The notes: a model not told the origin generated them from the sequence alone. Shown: positions 9,779 to 21,053, counted from the stretch's first letter. The stretch is 64,000 nt of DNA from an uncultured Phycisphaerales bacterium (GCA_963755915.1 CAVWLP010000002.1:1248001-1312000); one strand, 5' to 3'. Program-made: numbers and translations.

Positions 9779-10600
9779 TTAAGTGTTGTCAACGGGTTTT
9801 CCCTGGCGATCGACCTGGATGTAGCTGCGGTTGTCGGGGGAGAAGGCGGTGAGGCGGCCGACGGGGCTGAGGGCGGCGGCGGTGTCTAAGAGGACCATTT
9901 TTTCGCCGATGATGGGGACGAGCTTTCCACCGCCCTGGGGGTTGAAGCCGCCGCGGACGCCGTAGAAGTCGACGGGAGTGTGTCCGAAGAAGCCGGTGCG
10001 ACGCCAGGTTTTGGGCTGATCTACTTCTTCGATGGTGAAGCGTCCCCAGGTGGCGGTTTTGCGGAGGTTGGTGTCGACGTCGAGATAGGTTGTGGGGCTG
10101 GGGTCTTCATCGGGGGTGGCGGGGTCCCAGCGGGCGTGGACAATGAAGATATCTTTTTCTTCGATGACGGGAAGAAGGTTGCGGATGAAGCTGCGGTGCG
10201 ATTGCGGGATGCCGGAGATGAGATCGTCGAGGCCGGCGGTGGTGGGGTGCGTGAGCATTCCCCGCATCGTGGAATCTCTGGCGCCGTAGCTGGCGAGGGT
10301 TTCGCGGAGGCCGTGCTCCATGAACCATTTGAAAGCGCCAGCGCGGTTGTTGTTGGTGAGCTGCTCGACGTAGCTTTGGCCGTTGATGAGGACGTCGAAG
10401 ATGTCGTCGTGATTGCCGCGTCCGAAGCGGGCGTTGGGGAGCTTGAGCAAGAGATCGATGACACCGCGGGAATCTGGGCCGCGGTTGACGTAGTCGCCGA
10501 CGAAGATCCAGGAGGGAGAGGGATCGCGTTTGGAGACGGCGTCGAGCAGTCCCTTAAGGGGGAGCGACATTCCGTGAATATCGCCGACGATCCAGCGCAT
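9779..10600 (-). CDS. Calcineurin-like metallophosphoesterase
   Basis: GDIHG, GDYVNRG, RGNHD, GHTP motifs. Confidence 0.9.
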   Translation of the reverse strand: MRWIVGDIHGMSLPLKGLLDAVSKRDPSPSWIFVGDYVNRGPDSRGVIDLLLKLPNARFGRGNHDDIFDVLINGQSYVEQLTNNNRAGAFKWFMEHGLRETLASYGARDSTMRGMLTHPTTAGLDDLISGIPQSHRSFIRNLLPVIEEKDIFIVHARWDPATPDEDPSPTTYLDVDTNLRKTATWGRFTIEEVDQPKTWRRTGFFGHTPVDFYGVRGGFNPQGGGKLVPIIGEKMVLLDTAAALSPVGRLTAFSPDNRSYIQVDRQGKPVDNT

Positions 10601-10718
10601 GCCGATAACTTACCTCTCTTGAGGCGGGTGGGACAGGGCCATTATCGGTCTGTCCAGTTATTCGGAGTGGATGACCGAAGAGAGGCTACAGTCGCCGGTA
10701 TTTGAAACGGAGTTTCTC

Positions 10719-11541
10719 ATGCGACGAGAAAGGTTTGAAGTGGGAAAGGTAAGAGCGATGATAACGGCAAGGAAAGTAGCCTTTGGGGCGGTGGCGCTTG
10801 GGGCGGTGGCGGTTGCGCACGGGACGTCGGTTCCGATTTCGTACGCACTTCAGAATAGATCGGTGTCGGCGAGTGCGGTGGTATCGGGGCGCGCGCGGAG
10901 GGACGGGGACGGTTGCGCATACGATCCAGGAGAATCAGTCGCAGCAGGCGGGGGGATTGGGGGATTTTCTGGGGAATGCGTCGGCGTCGGCGAGTTTGGG
11001 GGCGGAGAGCGCGAATTCTTCGGCGTCGGCGCTGCAGAATTCGGCGCTGGGAGGGACGGGGTTTGCGGACAGCGGGTTCGTGCAGAGTAGCTCGATATTG
11101 GGGACGGGGATTTCGGACAGTGGATCGAGCACGTCGGTGTTTGAGGTGACGTTCAAGGTTTCGGAGGCGGAAGGGTATACGTTAACGGCGAACCTGAGCG
11201 GGGAAGGGTCGGCGATGGGGCATATCAGCCTGACCAATGGCGAGGGGGCGAATGTGTTTACGCCGATCGCGACGGATAACCTCGATGGGTTCAAGGTGCA
11301 GGGCGTTCTGGGGGCTGGGACGTATTCGATGGTGGTGGATGCGAATGCGCTGACGATCGGGGATGAAAGCGGGAAGCTGAATTTCAGCGCGGCGCTGGCG
11401 GATGGAGCGGTGGCGTCGCCGAGCGTGGCGCCGGTTTCGCAGGCGGTTCCGGCGCCACCGGCGTGGATGAACTCCAGCGTGATGCTGGGGGTGCTGGGAT
11501 TGGTGGCGGTGGGGCGGAGGAGACTGGTGAGGGTGAGATAG
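10719..11541 (+). CDS. Secreted protein with PEP-CTERM-like (VPAPP) tail (one indel near 10890)
   Basis: Signal peptide in ORF 10671-11090 joins ORF 10783-11541, which ends VPAPPAW, a TM helix and RRR. Confidence 0.75.
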
Positions 11542-11575
11542 GGGGTTACATGGTCGAATGGGGCATCTATTATGT

Positions 11576-11609
11576 AGCCTCCGGGATTTTTTCTCCGGGG
11601 GCTTTTTTT
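11576..11609 (+). terminator. Rho-independent terminator
   Basis: AGCCTCCGGGA...TCCGGGGGCT stem followed by a T run, just after the stop at 11541. Confidence 0.75.
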
Positions 11610-11668
11610 ATGGGTGGTTTTTCCGCAAATGAGGGTTATTTGGAGCTTCAAGAGAATAAAGAGTATTT

Positions 11669-11782
11669 TCGGTTACGGTTTTGGTGACGAGAAGAATCGC
11701 TGGCTCGTATATCACACGCGGTTCCGCTGCGATAACACTTGGCTGCCTTGGTAACGTTCGGTACGGCCTTGAGGTGTTGGGC
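11669..11782 (+). repeat. 114-bp dispersed structured repeat, copy 1
   Basis: Ungapped alignment with 18994-19107, 38317-38430 and 59240-59353. Confidence 0.9.
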
Positions 11783-11874
11783 AAGAAGGGGGGGGCGTTT
11801 GTTTCGGGGGGAAAAAGGGGTAGCCTTTGGGGATGGAAGTTCCGGGAAGACCGTCGAAGGGGTTGCAGGCGGTG

Positions 11875-12390
11875 ATGCGGTTTGCTTTGGTGGAAGGGGG
11901 TTATATCGTCGCGCCTAATTGCACGATTGTGGGGGATGTGAAGATTGGGGGTGAGAGTAGTGTTTGGTTTGGGGCGGTGATTCGAGGGGATGTGGCGCCG
12001 GTGATCATCGGGCGGCAGGTGAATGTGCAGGATAATGCAGTCATTCACTGCGATTCGGGGGTGGAGAATGAGATCGGGGATCAGGTGACGATCGGGCATG
12101 GGGCGATTGTGCATGGGAAGTATGTGGGGGAGGGGTCGCTGATTGGGATGGGGGCGACAGTGCTGAGCCGGACGGTGATTGGGAGGGAGTGTTTAATCGC
12201 GGCGGGGGCGGTGGTGCCGCCGGATTTGGTGGTGCCGGACCGGATGGTGGTGATGGGGGTGCCGGGGAAGGTTGTTAGGGCGATTAAGGCGGAGGAGTTG
12301 GAGTATATGCGGTGGTTGACGGGGCATTATCTGGAGTTGGCGCGGGGGTATGTGGAGGGGAAGTTTGGGGTGGGGGGGAAGACGAGTTGA
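11875..12390 (+). CDS. Gamma carbonic anhydrase family protein
   Basis: Hexapeptide repeats; VIRGD, NVQDNAVIH, GHGAIVHG. Confidence 0.9.
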   Translation: MRFALVEGGYIVAPNCTIVGDVKIGGESSVWFGAVIRGDVAPVIIGRQVNVQDNAVIHCDSGVENEIGDQVTIGHGAIVHGKYVGEGSLIGMGATVLSRTVIGRECLIAAGAVVPPDLVVPDRMVVMGVPGKVVRAIKAEELEYMRWLTGHYLELARGYVEGKFGVGGKTS

Positions 12391-12461
12391 ATGGCGCGCA
12401 ACATGAGCGTGGGACGCGCTCCCCTGCGGGTCGCGGCTAAACGGGAAATCCGATTTCAGAT

Positions 12462-12695
12462 TTAGAGCATTAGGCTGACGCGGGTGATCTGGAAGCCTGC
12501 CTGGCGCAGGGCGTCGACGGTGGATTGGACGGTTTGGGTGAGCTTGTCGAGGCTGATGTCGCCGGGGACGTCGTCGATGTTGATCTGGGTGGAACCGGAG
12601 CCGGTGAGGGGGCTGCTGCCGGGGACCTGGAAGGTCTGGGTGAACTGGACGAGGAAAGTGACTTTACGCTTTTTGTTAGAAGCTTCGGTGGCCAT
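12462..12695 (-). CDS. Small hypothetical protein
   Basis: 77-aa ORF with host-like codon usage; no recognisable motif. Confidence 0.55.
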   Translation of the reverse strand: MATEASNKKRKVTFLVQFTQTFQVPGSSPLTGSGSTQINIDDVPGDISLDKLTQTVQSTVDALRQAGFQITRVSLML

Positions 12696-12811
12696 GGGGG
12701 GAGTATAGCGATAAGGGGCGTTTGGGGGAAAAAATGTGGGGGAAATGAACGGGGGGAGAGAATGCCGATTGCCAAATGCCGAACTGGAAGACTGGGATTC
12801 GGTATTCGTTC

Positions 12812-13204
12812 TCAGGGGGTTTGGGGGGTGGTGTATTGTTTTAGGGATTCCATCAAATGGGGGACGTTGACGGGTTTGCTCATGAAGATGGTTGCGCCGG
12901 CGTCGGGGAGGGAGCGGAGGGTGTCGATGGAGCTGTCGCCGGAGAAGATGATGATGGGGAGGCTATTGCCGTGGATTTTGCGGAGTTGGCGGGAGAGTTC
13001 GAGGCCGGAGATGTCGGGGAGGTGGATGTCGAGGAGGGCGATGTCGGGGCAATGGTCACGGATGTAATCAAGTGCTGGCCGGCCGGCCTGGAAGGTTTTT
13101 GGCTCGAAACCCTCGGTTCGAAGCAAAGACATTAGAGAGCGGGTGACGACCTGGTTGTCGTCGACGACAAGGACGGTGCGGGTGGCTTGCTGCGGGGTGG
13201 ACAT
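12812..13204 (-). CDS. Single-domain response regulator (CheY-like)
   Basis: VLVVDD, LLDIHLPDISG, SKP. Confidence 0.88.
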   Translation of the reverse strand: MSTPQQATRTVLVVDDNQVVTRSLMSLLRTEGFEPKTFQAGRPALDYIRDHCPDIALLDIHLPDISGLELSRQLRKIHGNSLPIIIFSGDSSIDTLRSLPDAGATIFMSKPVNVPHLMESLKQYTTPQTP

Positions 13205-13527
13205 GGAATTGACTATATGGGGGGAATTCCTATGGGAGAACTGCAATAATTTTTTAAGGTAGGGCGAAAAATTTATTGCAAATTTGCCCGGAACTGTTAA
13301 CCTTAAAGACGTCTTAATTTGTGACCACGTCGCAATCGGTTGGAATAATTGCATGTCGGCCCGAGAAGTATGGTTGGGCAGTACAAAAAGGTCACTTCGT
13401 ATGCGCTGGCGTCTTGCCAATTGGGGCAGGAGCTATCGCAATTTCATTTCTTTGGTTGTCGGCGGGATTTTGGGCTCACATCAAACCGCCCGTTGAATCT
13501 TGCCGTTTTTTCTGTGGGAGAACGGTT

Positions 13528-13755
13528 ATGGCCACAGGAACCGTCAAATGGTTTGATTCGAAAAAGGGTTTCGGATTCATTCTGAATCCCGAAGGAATGG
13601 ACGTTTTCGTTCATTTCAGCAGTATCCACGGAGATGGATTCCGTTCGTTGAAGGACGGGGAGAAGGTCGAGTACGACCAGGTCTCCGGCGCCAAGGGACT
13701 GAGTGCACAGGCGGTGAAGCGGATAGCCGAACGGGCCAAGGTAGTTAGAGTTTAG
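13528..13755 (+). CDS. Cold-shock protein (CspA family)
   Basis: MATGTVKWFDSKKGFGFI...DVFVHFS...GFRSL. Confidence 0.95.
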   Translation: MATGTVKWFDSKKGFGFILNPEGMDVFVHFSSIHGDGFRSLKDGEKVEYDQVSGAKGLSAQAVKRIAERAKVVRV

Positions 13756-13785
13756 CGTCGGCGAGGTTAAATTAGCCTCCCGCCC

Positions 13786-14640
13786 ATGAACCACTTTTTG
13801 CCAGGACTGCTGATCGGTTTGCTCGGCAGTCTGCTGGTGTGCGGGGGAATTGCCGTCGTGATTGGGCGGCGAGTTGGGGCGGCGCTGGGCGCGGCCGGCG
13901 AACTCTGCGGCGCATCCGGGCGGCTTCGAATCGGCGCATCGCGCGGCTGAGGTCGCGCATCGCGAACGTGGAGCGACTGGCAGAGGTTGGTACGTTTACG
14001 GGGGGCTGGCGCATGAGATCAAGAATCCCCTGTCTACGGTATTGCTGAATCTGCAACTGCTTCAGGAAGATTTGGATCCGAATGATCCGGCGCACAGCCG
14101 GCTGATCGCACGGCTGGGGACGGTGACGCGGGAGGCGTCGCGGCTGCGGGAAATCCTGGACGATTTTTTGCGGTTTGCGGGGAAGATCGAGCTTCGGCGG
14201 CAGCGGGTGGATTTGAATGTGCTGCTGGAGGAGCTGACGGATTTTTATGTGCCGCAGGCGCAGCTCAATCGGGTGCAATTGAGGTTTAAGCCGAATCCGG
14301 GGCCGCTGATGGCGGAGGTGGATCCGCGGCTGATCAAACAGACGATATTGAACCTGATGATCAATGCGATGCAGGCGATGCCGGCGGGAGGGGAATTGAT
14401 TCTATCGGCGGCCAGCAGCGGGGGGGATGCGGTGATCGATGTGATCGATACGGGGATGGGGATTCCGGCGGAGGATCTGGACAAGATTTTTCGGGCGTAT
14501 TACTCGACGAAAAAGGGGGGACGGGGCTGGGGCTGGCGATGGCGCAGCGGATTGTAAGTGAGCATGGGGGGAAGATTGAGGTTACCACCGAGGCGGGGAA
14601 GGGGACGGATTTTAGGATCAGGCTGCCATTGAATGGGTAG
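13786..14640 (+). CDS. Sensor histidine kinase (indels near 13830, 14000 and 14515)
   Basis: AHEIKNPL H-box, NAMQAM N-box, DTGMGI, TKKGG-GLGL; N-terminal TM segment. Confidence 0.85.
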
Positions 14641-14647
14641 GCACGGC

Positions 14648-15064
14648 TTAAATCAGGGCGCCGGGGTTTATGCGAAAATGGTCGGCGAGGGTGCGGATAT
14701 GTTCTTTGCTGAGCTGGCGCTGGCCGCTGAGGATGCGTGAGCCGAGGCTTCGGTCTCCGAGCAGGCGACCGAGGTCTGAAGCGTTCATGTGATGCTCTGC
14801 CATGAGGGACTGAATCAGCCCTAATGGTTTCATCTTTATGTTGCTGATGGAGTGGTGTTCTGCTTCGTATTTTTCAACGAAGGTGGCGATTGCGTCGAAG
14901 TAGTCATCCTGGTCAGAATTCAATTTGAAACCGGCCATGGAATCCAGGACTTCGATGGCGTTGTGATAGTCTACTTCGTCGTGGAGCGGGCGAGGCATGA
15001 AGTTCTCGACAAGCTTTGCATAGGTTCGAGGGATTGGATTTCGATTAGTCGTTTTGCTTTTCAT
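14648..15064 (-). CDS. higA: HigA-family antitoxin (HTH)
   Basis: EKYEAEH, SDLGRLLGDRSLGSRILSGQRQLSKEHIRTLADHF; start overlaps the toxin stop. Confidence 0.85.
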   Translation of the reverse strand: MKSKTTNRNPIPRTYAKLVENFMPRPLHDEVDYHNAIEVLDSMAGFKLNSDQDDYFDAIATFVEKYEAEHHSISNIKMKPLGLIQSLMAEHHMNASDLGRLLGDRSLGSRILSGQRQLSKEHIRTLADHFRINPGALI

Positions 15065-15369
15065 AGCTGTTTTTTCCAGTCGTTCCGATCGTAGTCTTTG
15101 TGGGTGAGAAGCCTCAGTGTAAATACAATCTGGGTATTGAAATGCACGGCCGCGATAAGACGGTAACGATTGTGAGCAATGTTGAAGATTACCACCTGGC
15201 GCCCGCTGGAGACGGTCGCAAGGTCGGCGCTGGGTATCGTCTTGCGTATATCGGCGAAGTTCCTCCAATCAGCGGCTTTTATCTGTCCGATCCAGTTTCG
15301 CAGCGAGGCTTCGGTTTCGGGATGCGACTGCCAGAACGCACGCAAGGTGCTGATCTTAATGATTCGCAT
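15061..15369 (-). CDS. higB: HigB-family toxin
   Basis: LRAFWQSHP, FNIAHNRYRLI, LTHKDYD. Confidence 0.9.
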   Translation of the reverse strand: MRIIKISTLRAFWQSHPETEASLRNWIGQIKAADWRNFADIRKTIPSADLATVSSGRQVVIFNIAHNRYRLIAAVHFNTQIVFTLRLLTHKDYDRNDWKKQL

Positions 15370-15513
15370 CTGATCGATTTAGTGTATGGCTTGATGACAA
15401 AATGTCAACATATCCCGGGCACCACCGGAATATCGGCTGTTTCCTGCCAAAAAATTCCATACGGCGAAGCGGTTCTTTGCGGGCTGCCCTGGCTGTAATA
15501 TGTCGGCCACAAT

Positions 15514-16887
15514 ATGTCCGAGACCGACACCCCAAAATCCGACATTCTCGTGATCGATGACGAGAAGGACCATGCGCAGGTGATGTGCGAGGCGCTTACG
15601 CGGCAGGGGCATCGGTGTGATGTTTCTTACAACCTGGCGGAGGGGGAGGCGCGGTTGAAGCAGAAAACGTATGACGTGATCGTGACGGATTTGATGATGG
15701 AGGGGAAGCGGGAGGGGTTGGAGGTTTTGAAGAAGGCGAAGACGCTGACGCCGCAGCCGCAGGTGATTCTGGTTTCGGCGCATGGGGATATTCCGATCGC
15801 GGTGCAGGCGATGAATGATGGGGCGTATGGGTTTATCGAGAAGCCGCTGGATCTGAATCATTTCCGGGCGCAGGTGAACCGTGCGGCGGAGAGGGCGGCG
15901 CTGCAGAAGCAGAACCAGGTTTTGCAGGCGGAATTGCTGGAGCAGAGCGGGTTTGAAGGGATCATCGGGAAGAGCGGGGCGATGCAGAAGATTCTGACGA
16001 CGGCGCGGCAGGTGGCGTCGAGCGATATTCCGGTGCTGATCATGGGGGAAAGCGGGACGGGGAAGGAATTGATCGCGCGGGCGATTCATTACAACAGCCG
16101 GCGGAGGAAGAGCCGGCTGGTGACGCTGAACTGCGCGGGGCTTAGCGAGAGTATTTTGGAGGACGAGCTGTTTGGGCACGTGCGCGGTGCGTTTACGGGT
16201 GCGCAGAGCGATCGGGAAGGGCGATTTGAACATGCGGACAGGGGGACGCTGTTCATGGATGAGATCGGGGACATGCCGGCCGTCATGCAGGCGAAATTGC
16301 TGCGGGTGCTCGAGAACGGGGAGGTGGTTCGGCTGGGGAGCAATGAGCCTTTGAAGGTGGACGTGCGGCTGATCAGCGCGACGAACCGGAAGCTGGATGA
16401 GATGGTGGCGGAGAAGCAGTTTCGGGAGGACCTGTTTTTCCGGATCAAGGGGGTGACGTTTACGCTGCCACCGCTGAGGGAGAGGCGGGAGGACATTCCG
16501 CTGCTGATGCATTATTTTTTGAATGAATTCGGTGAGAAATATCACAAGGAGGTGGAGGGGATATCACCGGCGGCGCAGCAGCTTTTGATGAGCTATAGCT
16601 GGCCCGGGAATGTGCGGCAACTGCGGACGGCAGTTGAGAATATGGTGGTTTTGAGCCCCGGCAAGATTCTGGGTCCGGAGTCGCTGCCGGTGGAGATTCA
16701 ACCGGCGACGGGGGCGGAGCAGATCGCGGGGATGACCAACTTAGTGGGCATTAGTATAGAAGAGGCGGAGAAGGAATTAATCCGAAATACATTGAAGATG
16801 GTCGATGGTAATCGGGAGCAGGCGGCGCGGATATTGCGGATCGGGGAGCGGACGCTGTATCGCAAAATCAGGGAATATGGTTTGTGA
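15514..16887 (+). CDS. Sigma-54-dependent response regulator (NtrC/AtoC family)
   Basis: REC domain, GESGTGKE, GAFTGA, WPGNVRQL, Fis-type HTH. Confidence 0.95.
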   Translation: MSETDTPKSDILVIDDEKDHAQVMCEALTRQGHRCDVSYNLAEGEARLKQKTYDVIVTDLMMEGKREGLEVLKKAKTLTPQPQVILVSAHGDIPIAVQAMNDGAYGFIEKPLDLNHFRAQVNRAAERAALQKQNQVLQAELLEQSGFEGIIGKSGAMQKILTTARQVASSDIPVLIMGESGTGKELIARAIHYNSRRRKSRLVTLNCAGLSESILEDELFGHVRGAFTGAQSDREGRFEHADRGTLFMDEIGDMPAVMQAKLLRVLENGEVVRLGSNEPLKVDVRLISATNRKLDEMVAEKQFREDLFFRIKGVTFTLPPLRERREDIPLLMHYFLNEFGEKYHKEVEGISPAAQQLLMSYSWPGNVRQLRTAVENMVVLSPGKILGPESLPVEIQPATGAEQIAGMTNLVGISIEEAEKELIRNTLKMVDGNREQAARILRIGERTLYRKIREYGL

Positions 16888-17381
16888 ATAAATTTTCACC
16901 GGATGATTTGCGGATCGGACATGGATACGATATCCACCGCCTGCGGGAGGGCGGGAAATTGCTATTGGCCGGCGTGGAAGTCGCCGGCGACATGTCGCCC
17001 ATCGCCCATTCGGACGGCGATGTCGTATTGCATGCGGTGGTGGATGCGTTGCTGGGCGCGATCGGCGCGGGCGACATCGGCGAGATGTTTCCCAATTCGG
17101 ACCCGCGCTGGAAGGGCGCATCGAGCCGGGTGTTTGTAGAAGCGGCGATGAAAGAGGTTGCTGCGAAAGGATTTGCATTGGCGAACGTGGACATAACGAT
17201 TCTGGCGGAGAGGCCGAAGTTGAAGGGATTCAAGGCGAAGATGGCCGCGTCGCTGGGTGAGATGGTGAATTGCGCGGTGAGCATCAAGGCGGGGACGAAC
17301 GAGAATTGTGATGCGATCGGTCGTGGCGAGGCGATTGCGGCACATGCGGTGGCGCTGCTGGTCCGGAAAGGTTCGCTATGA
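16884..17381 (+). CDS. ispF: 2-C-methyl-D-erythritol 2,4-cyclodiphosphate synthase
   Basis: RIGHGYDIH, HSDGDVVLHA, GDIGEMFP. Confidence 0.95.
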   Translation: MNKFSPDDLRIGHGYDIHRLREGGKLLLAGVEVAGDMSPIAHSDGDVVLHAVVDALLGAIGAGDIGEMFPNSDPRWKGASSRVFVEAAMKEVAAKGFALANVDITILAERPKLKGFKAKMAASLGEMVNCAVSIKAGTNENCDAIGRGEAIAAHAVALLVRKGSL

Positions 17382-18885
17382 GCCTACGCGTTTACGATAC
17401 GCTGTCGCGAGAGAAGCAGTTGTTTGTGCCGGTTCGGCCTGGGAAGGTGGGGATGTACCTGTGCGGTCCGACGGTTTACAAGCCGCCGCACATCGGGCAC
17501 ATGGTGGGGCCGGTGATTTTTGACGCGATCAAGCGCTACCTGAAATTCAAGGGGTTCGACGTTTTGTGGGTGGTGAACATCACCGATGTGGACGACAAGC
17601 TGATCGAGGCGGCGGCGAAGCAGGGGACGACGGTGCAGGAACTGGCGACGAAATACACCGGGGAATACATGGATTGCCTGGTGCGGTTTGGGATTGAATC
17701 GGTGGATAAATTTCCGAAGGCGTCGGAGCACATGGGGGAGATCATCGCGATGTGCGAGAAGCTGGTCGAGCTGGGATTCGCGTATGCGGCGGCGGGGAAT
17801 CTTTGGTTTGACGTGACGAAAGACGCGGATTACGGGAAGCTGTCGAACCGGAAGGTGGAAGAACAGGAGAGCGGGACGCGGGCGCTGGAAGGGCAGGGGA
17901 AGCGGAACCCAGCGGACTTTGCGCTGTGGAAATCGGCGAAGCCGGGCGAGCCGGCGTGGGATTCGCCTTGGGGGAAGGGGAGGCCGGGCTGGCATATCGA
18001 GTGCTCGGCGATGAGCAGCAAATATCTTGGGGAGACGTTTGATCTTCATGGCGGCGGGATGGACCTGATGTTTCCGCACCATGAGAACGAATTGGCGCAA
18101 TCGGAGTCGGCGTCGGGGAAGCAGTTCGTGAAATACTGGCTGCACAACGGGCTGACGCGGATCAAAACGAAAGCCGCGGGCGGGGAATGGTCGACCGAGA
18201 AGATGAGCGGGAGCATCGGGAACGTGATCTCGGCGCGGGAGCTGCTGGATACGTGGGGTGCGGAATTGCTGCGGTATATGCTGCTGTCGACGCACTATCG
18301 GCGGCCGATCGAATTCACGGAGGACGTGCTGACGAATTCGAAGAAGGGGCTGGGGGTGTTCAGCCGGCTGAATGAGCGGCTGGAAAGACTGACGGGCAAG
18401 GGGCTGACGGACAGTTCGCCGGACATGGATTCGCTGGCGAATCGGCTGCTGGAGTCGGAGGTGGGGAATTTCGTGAGGCAGGTGATCGGGGACAAGATGC
18501 GGTTCCTGGAGATGATGGACGACGATTTCAACACGGCGGGGGCGATCGCGGTGCTGCATGAGATGGCGGGATCGATCAACGCGTTTCTGGAGCAGAACCG
18601 GACGGAGACGGAGCGGCAGCCGGACGTGATGCAGGCGGCGGCGGCGGGGCGCAGACGCTGAGGAAGCTGGGGCTGATTCTGGGGCTATTTCGTGCGGAGG
18701 TTGCGGGTGTGCGTGGCAAGGAGCCGGGGACGGTGGATCAGCTTATGGAGCTGCTGATTCAGTTGCGGAATGAGGCACGGAAGAACAAGCAGTTTGCGAT
18801 CGCGGATGCGGTGAGGGATGGGTTGAAGAAGATCGGGATTACGCTGGAGGATCGGCCGGATGGGACGGGGTGGAGGAAAGAGTAG
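17378..18885 (+). CDS. cysS: Cysteine--tRNA ligase (indel near 18650)
   Basis: [25 protein letters not shown]; the C-terminus ADAVRDGL...[10 protein letters not shown] is in the shifted frame. Confidence 0.95.
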
Positions 18886-18993
18886 TCGGTTCATTCACTG
18901 GCGGGGCGTTGTTGGTCACGTTGTCCGTTTTAGCTCCACGTTTATCCGTTGGACCCCGTATGGCTTTCAGCGAAAAAAGCAGAAGAATTTTTA

Positions 18994-19107
18994 TCGGTTA
19001 CGGTTTTGGTGACGAGAAGATTCGGGGGCTCGAATATAAAACGCGGTTCCGCTGCGAGGACACATGGCTGGCCTGGTGACGTTCGGTGCGGCCTTGGGGT
19101 GTTGGGC
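18994..19107 (+). repeat. 114-bp dispersed structured repeat, copy 2
   Basis: Ungapped alignment to the other three copies. Confidence 0.9.
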
Positions 19108-19263
19108 GGAAAGCGCCGTGCGGTTCGATGCAGCTCACCGAAATCAAGCACGGCGGCTACACGGGGTGGTCGATGGCGATTCAGTTTTGGACGTTTGTTT
19201 TGCGGTAATTAAATTCCTTGTCGACGGCGGTTGGGATTATGTCGAGCAGGGTAAAATGGGGTT

Positions 19264-20309
19264 GTGATACAGGCGCAAGGCATTCATGGCCGCGGGGCGG
19301 GGGAGAATCCGCGAAATCGTTTTTTGCCGCTGGAGGTTTTGCGGGATGAGGAGTTGGGTGGGGAAGAGGGGCCGGGGGTTGCGACTTCGTTTTTTAACGA
19401 TACCACGCGGAAAATTATCGCGACGAATGACAGCCCGGATGTGGGGTTTGAGGCGAGCGTTAATCCTTACCGGGGGTGCGAACATGGGTGCGTTTATTGT
19501 TTTGCGCGGCCGGGGCATGAATACCTGGGTTTGTCGGCGGGGCTGGATTTTGAGACGAAGATCATGGTGAAGCCGGAGGCGGCGCGGCTTTGTGCGCGGA
19601 GCTTTGCAGCGAGCGGTGGAAGCCGAAGGTGGTTCAGCTTTCGGGGGTGACGGATTGCTATCAGCCGGTGGAGCGGCGATTGAAGATCACGCGGGCGTGC
19701 CTGGAGGTGCTGGCGGAGTTTCGCAATCCGGTGACGATCGTGACGAAGAATCATTTGGTGACGCGAGATATCGATCTGCTGGGGGAATTGGCGCGGCACC
19801 ATTGCACGGCGGTGATGGTTTCGATAACGACGCTGGATAAGTCGCTGACGATGAAGATGGAGCCGCGGACGAGCGTGCCGGCGCGGCGGCTGGATGCGAT
19901 TCGGGAGCTATCGGCGGCGGGGGTTCCGGTGGGGGTGATGGCGGCGCCGATGATTCCGGGGCTGAACGATCAGGAGTTGCCGGCGATCCTGGAGGCGGCG
20001 GCGCGGGCGGGGGCGAAGTTCGCGGGGTATACGATGGTGCGATTGCCATTTGCGGTGAAGGAGTTGTTCGCGAGCTGGCTGGAGCGGCATTTTCCGGAGA
20101 GGAAAGAGAAGACTTTGAATCGCATTCGGGAGATTCGAGGGGGGAAATTGAATGACGCGAATTTCGGGTCGCGGATGTCGGGGGAGGGGATTTGGGCGGA
20201 GCAGCTCAGGGGGATGTTTGAGATGGGGAAGAAGAGGGCGGGGATGACGGGGACATTTCCGGGGCTTTCGACAGAGGGGTTTCGGAGGGGGCAGATGGAG
20301 CTGTGGTGA
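19264..20309 (+). CDS. PA0069-family radical SAM protein (indel near 19595)
   Basis: NPYRGCEHGCVYCFAR, SGVTDCYQPVER, MEPRT. Confidence 0.9.
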
Positions 20310-20393
20310 TTTCCTATTTCCCATTGCCTATTTAAATGCGGGGATGGAGCGTCTCTGCTGCAATAGGAAATAGGAAATAGGAAATAGGCAATC
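20310..20393. repeat. Inverted heptamer tandem repeats (GAAATAG family; related array at 62049-62124)
   Basis: (T/C)CCTATTT-type units facing GAAATAG x4. Confidence 0.85.
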
Positions 20394-20444
20394 AATCACT
20401 TGGGGTGACAAAACCATCGTGATGGATCAAAATCAAATCGACTC

Positions 20445-21053
20445 ATGGTGATGCCGCAGCATGTTTCGCTGGATCCTCGGACGCTGCTGAGTGCGTATGC
20501 GCAGGGGTTGTTTCCGATGGCGAATCGATCGGGGCGGATTCAGTGGTATACGGCGGAGCCGCGGGGGATTATTCCGCTGGATCGGTTTCATGTGCCGGGG
20601 ACGCTGAAGTCGCTGGTGAAGAAATTGCCGCATGAGGGGGGGTTTGAGGTGAGGGTTAATTTTGATTTTGAGACGACGATGCGGTCTTGTCAGCTTGAAC
20701 ATCCGGATGGGACGTGGATCAACGATGAGCTGATCGCGGCGTATGTGCGGCTGCATAAGCTGGGGAGCGCGCACAGCGTGGAGACTTGGAAGGATGGGGA
20801 GCTGGCGGGGGGGTTGTATGGGGTGAGTTTGGGGGGGGCGTTTTTTGGGGAGAGTATGTTTCACAGGGTAAGGGATGCGAGCAAGGTGGCATTGGTTCAT
20901 TTGGTGAATCGGCTGAGGGAGAGGGGGTTTGAGCTTTTGGATACGCAGGCGACGACCCCGCATTTGAGAAGGTTTGGGTGCGTGGATATTCCATCCGAGG
21001 AGTATCTGAAGCTTTTGACGAGGGCGATTAAGAGGGAGTGTGAGTTTGCGTGA
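20445..21053 (+). CDS. aat: Leucyl/phenylalanyl-tRNA--protein transferase
   Basis: AYAQGLFPM, AHSVETW, GGLYG, FFGESMF, DASKVAL. Confidence 0.95.
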   Translation: MVMPQHVSLDPRTLLSAYAQGLFPMANRSGRIQWYTAEPRGIIPLDRFHVPGTLKSLVKKLPHEGGFEVRVNFDFETTMRSCQLEHPDGTWINDELIAAYVRLHKLGSAHSVETWKDGELAGGLYGVSLGGAFFGESMFHRVRDASKVALVHLVNRLRERGFELLDTQATTPHLRRFGCVDIPSEEYLKLLTRAIKRECEFA

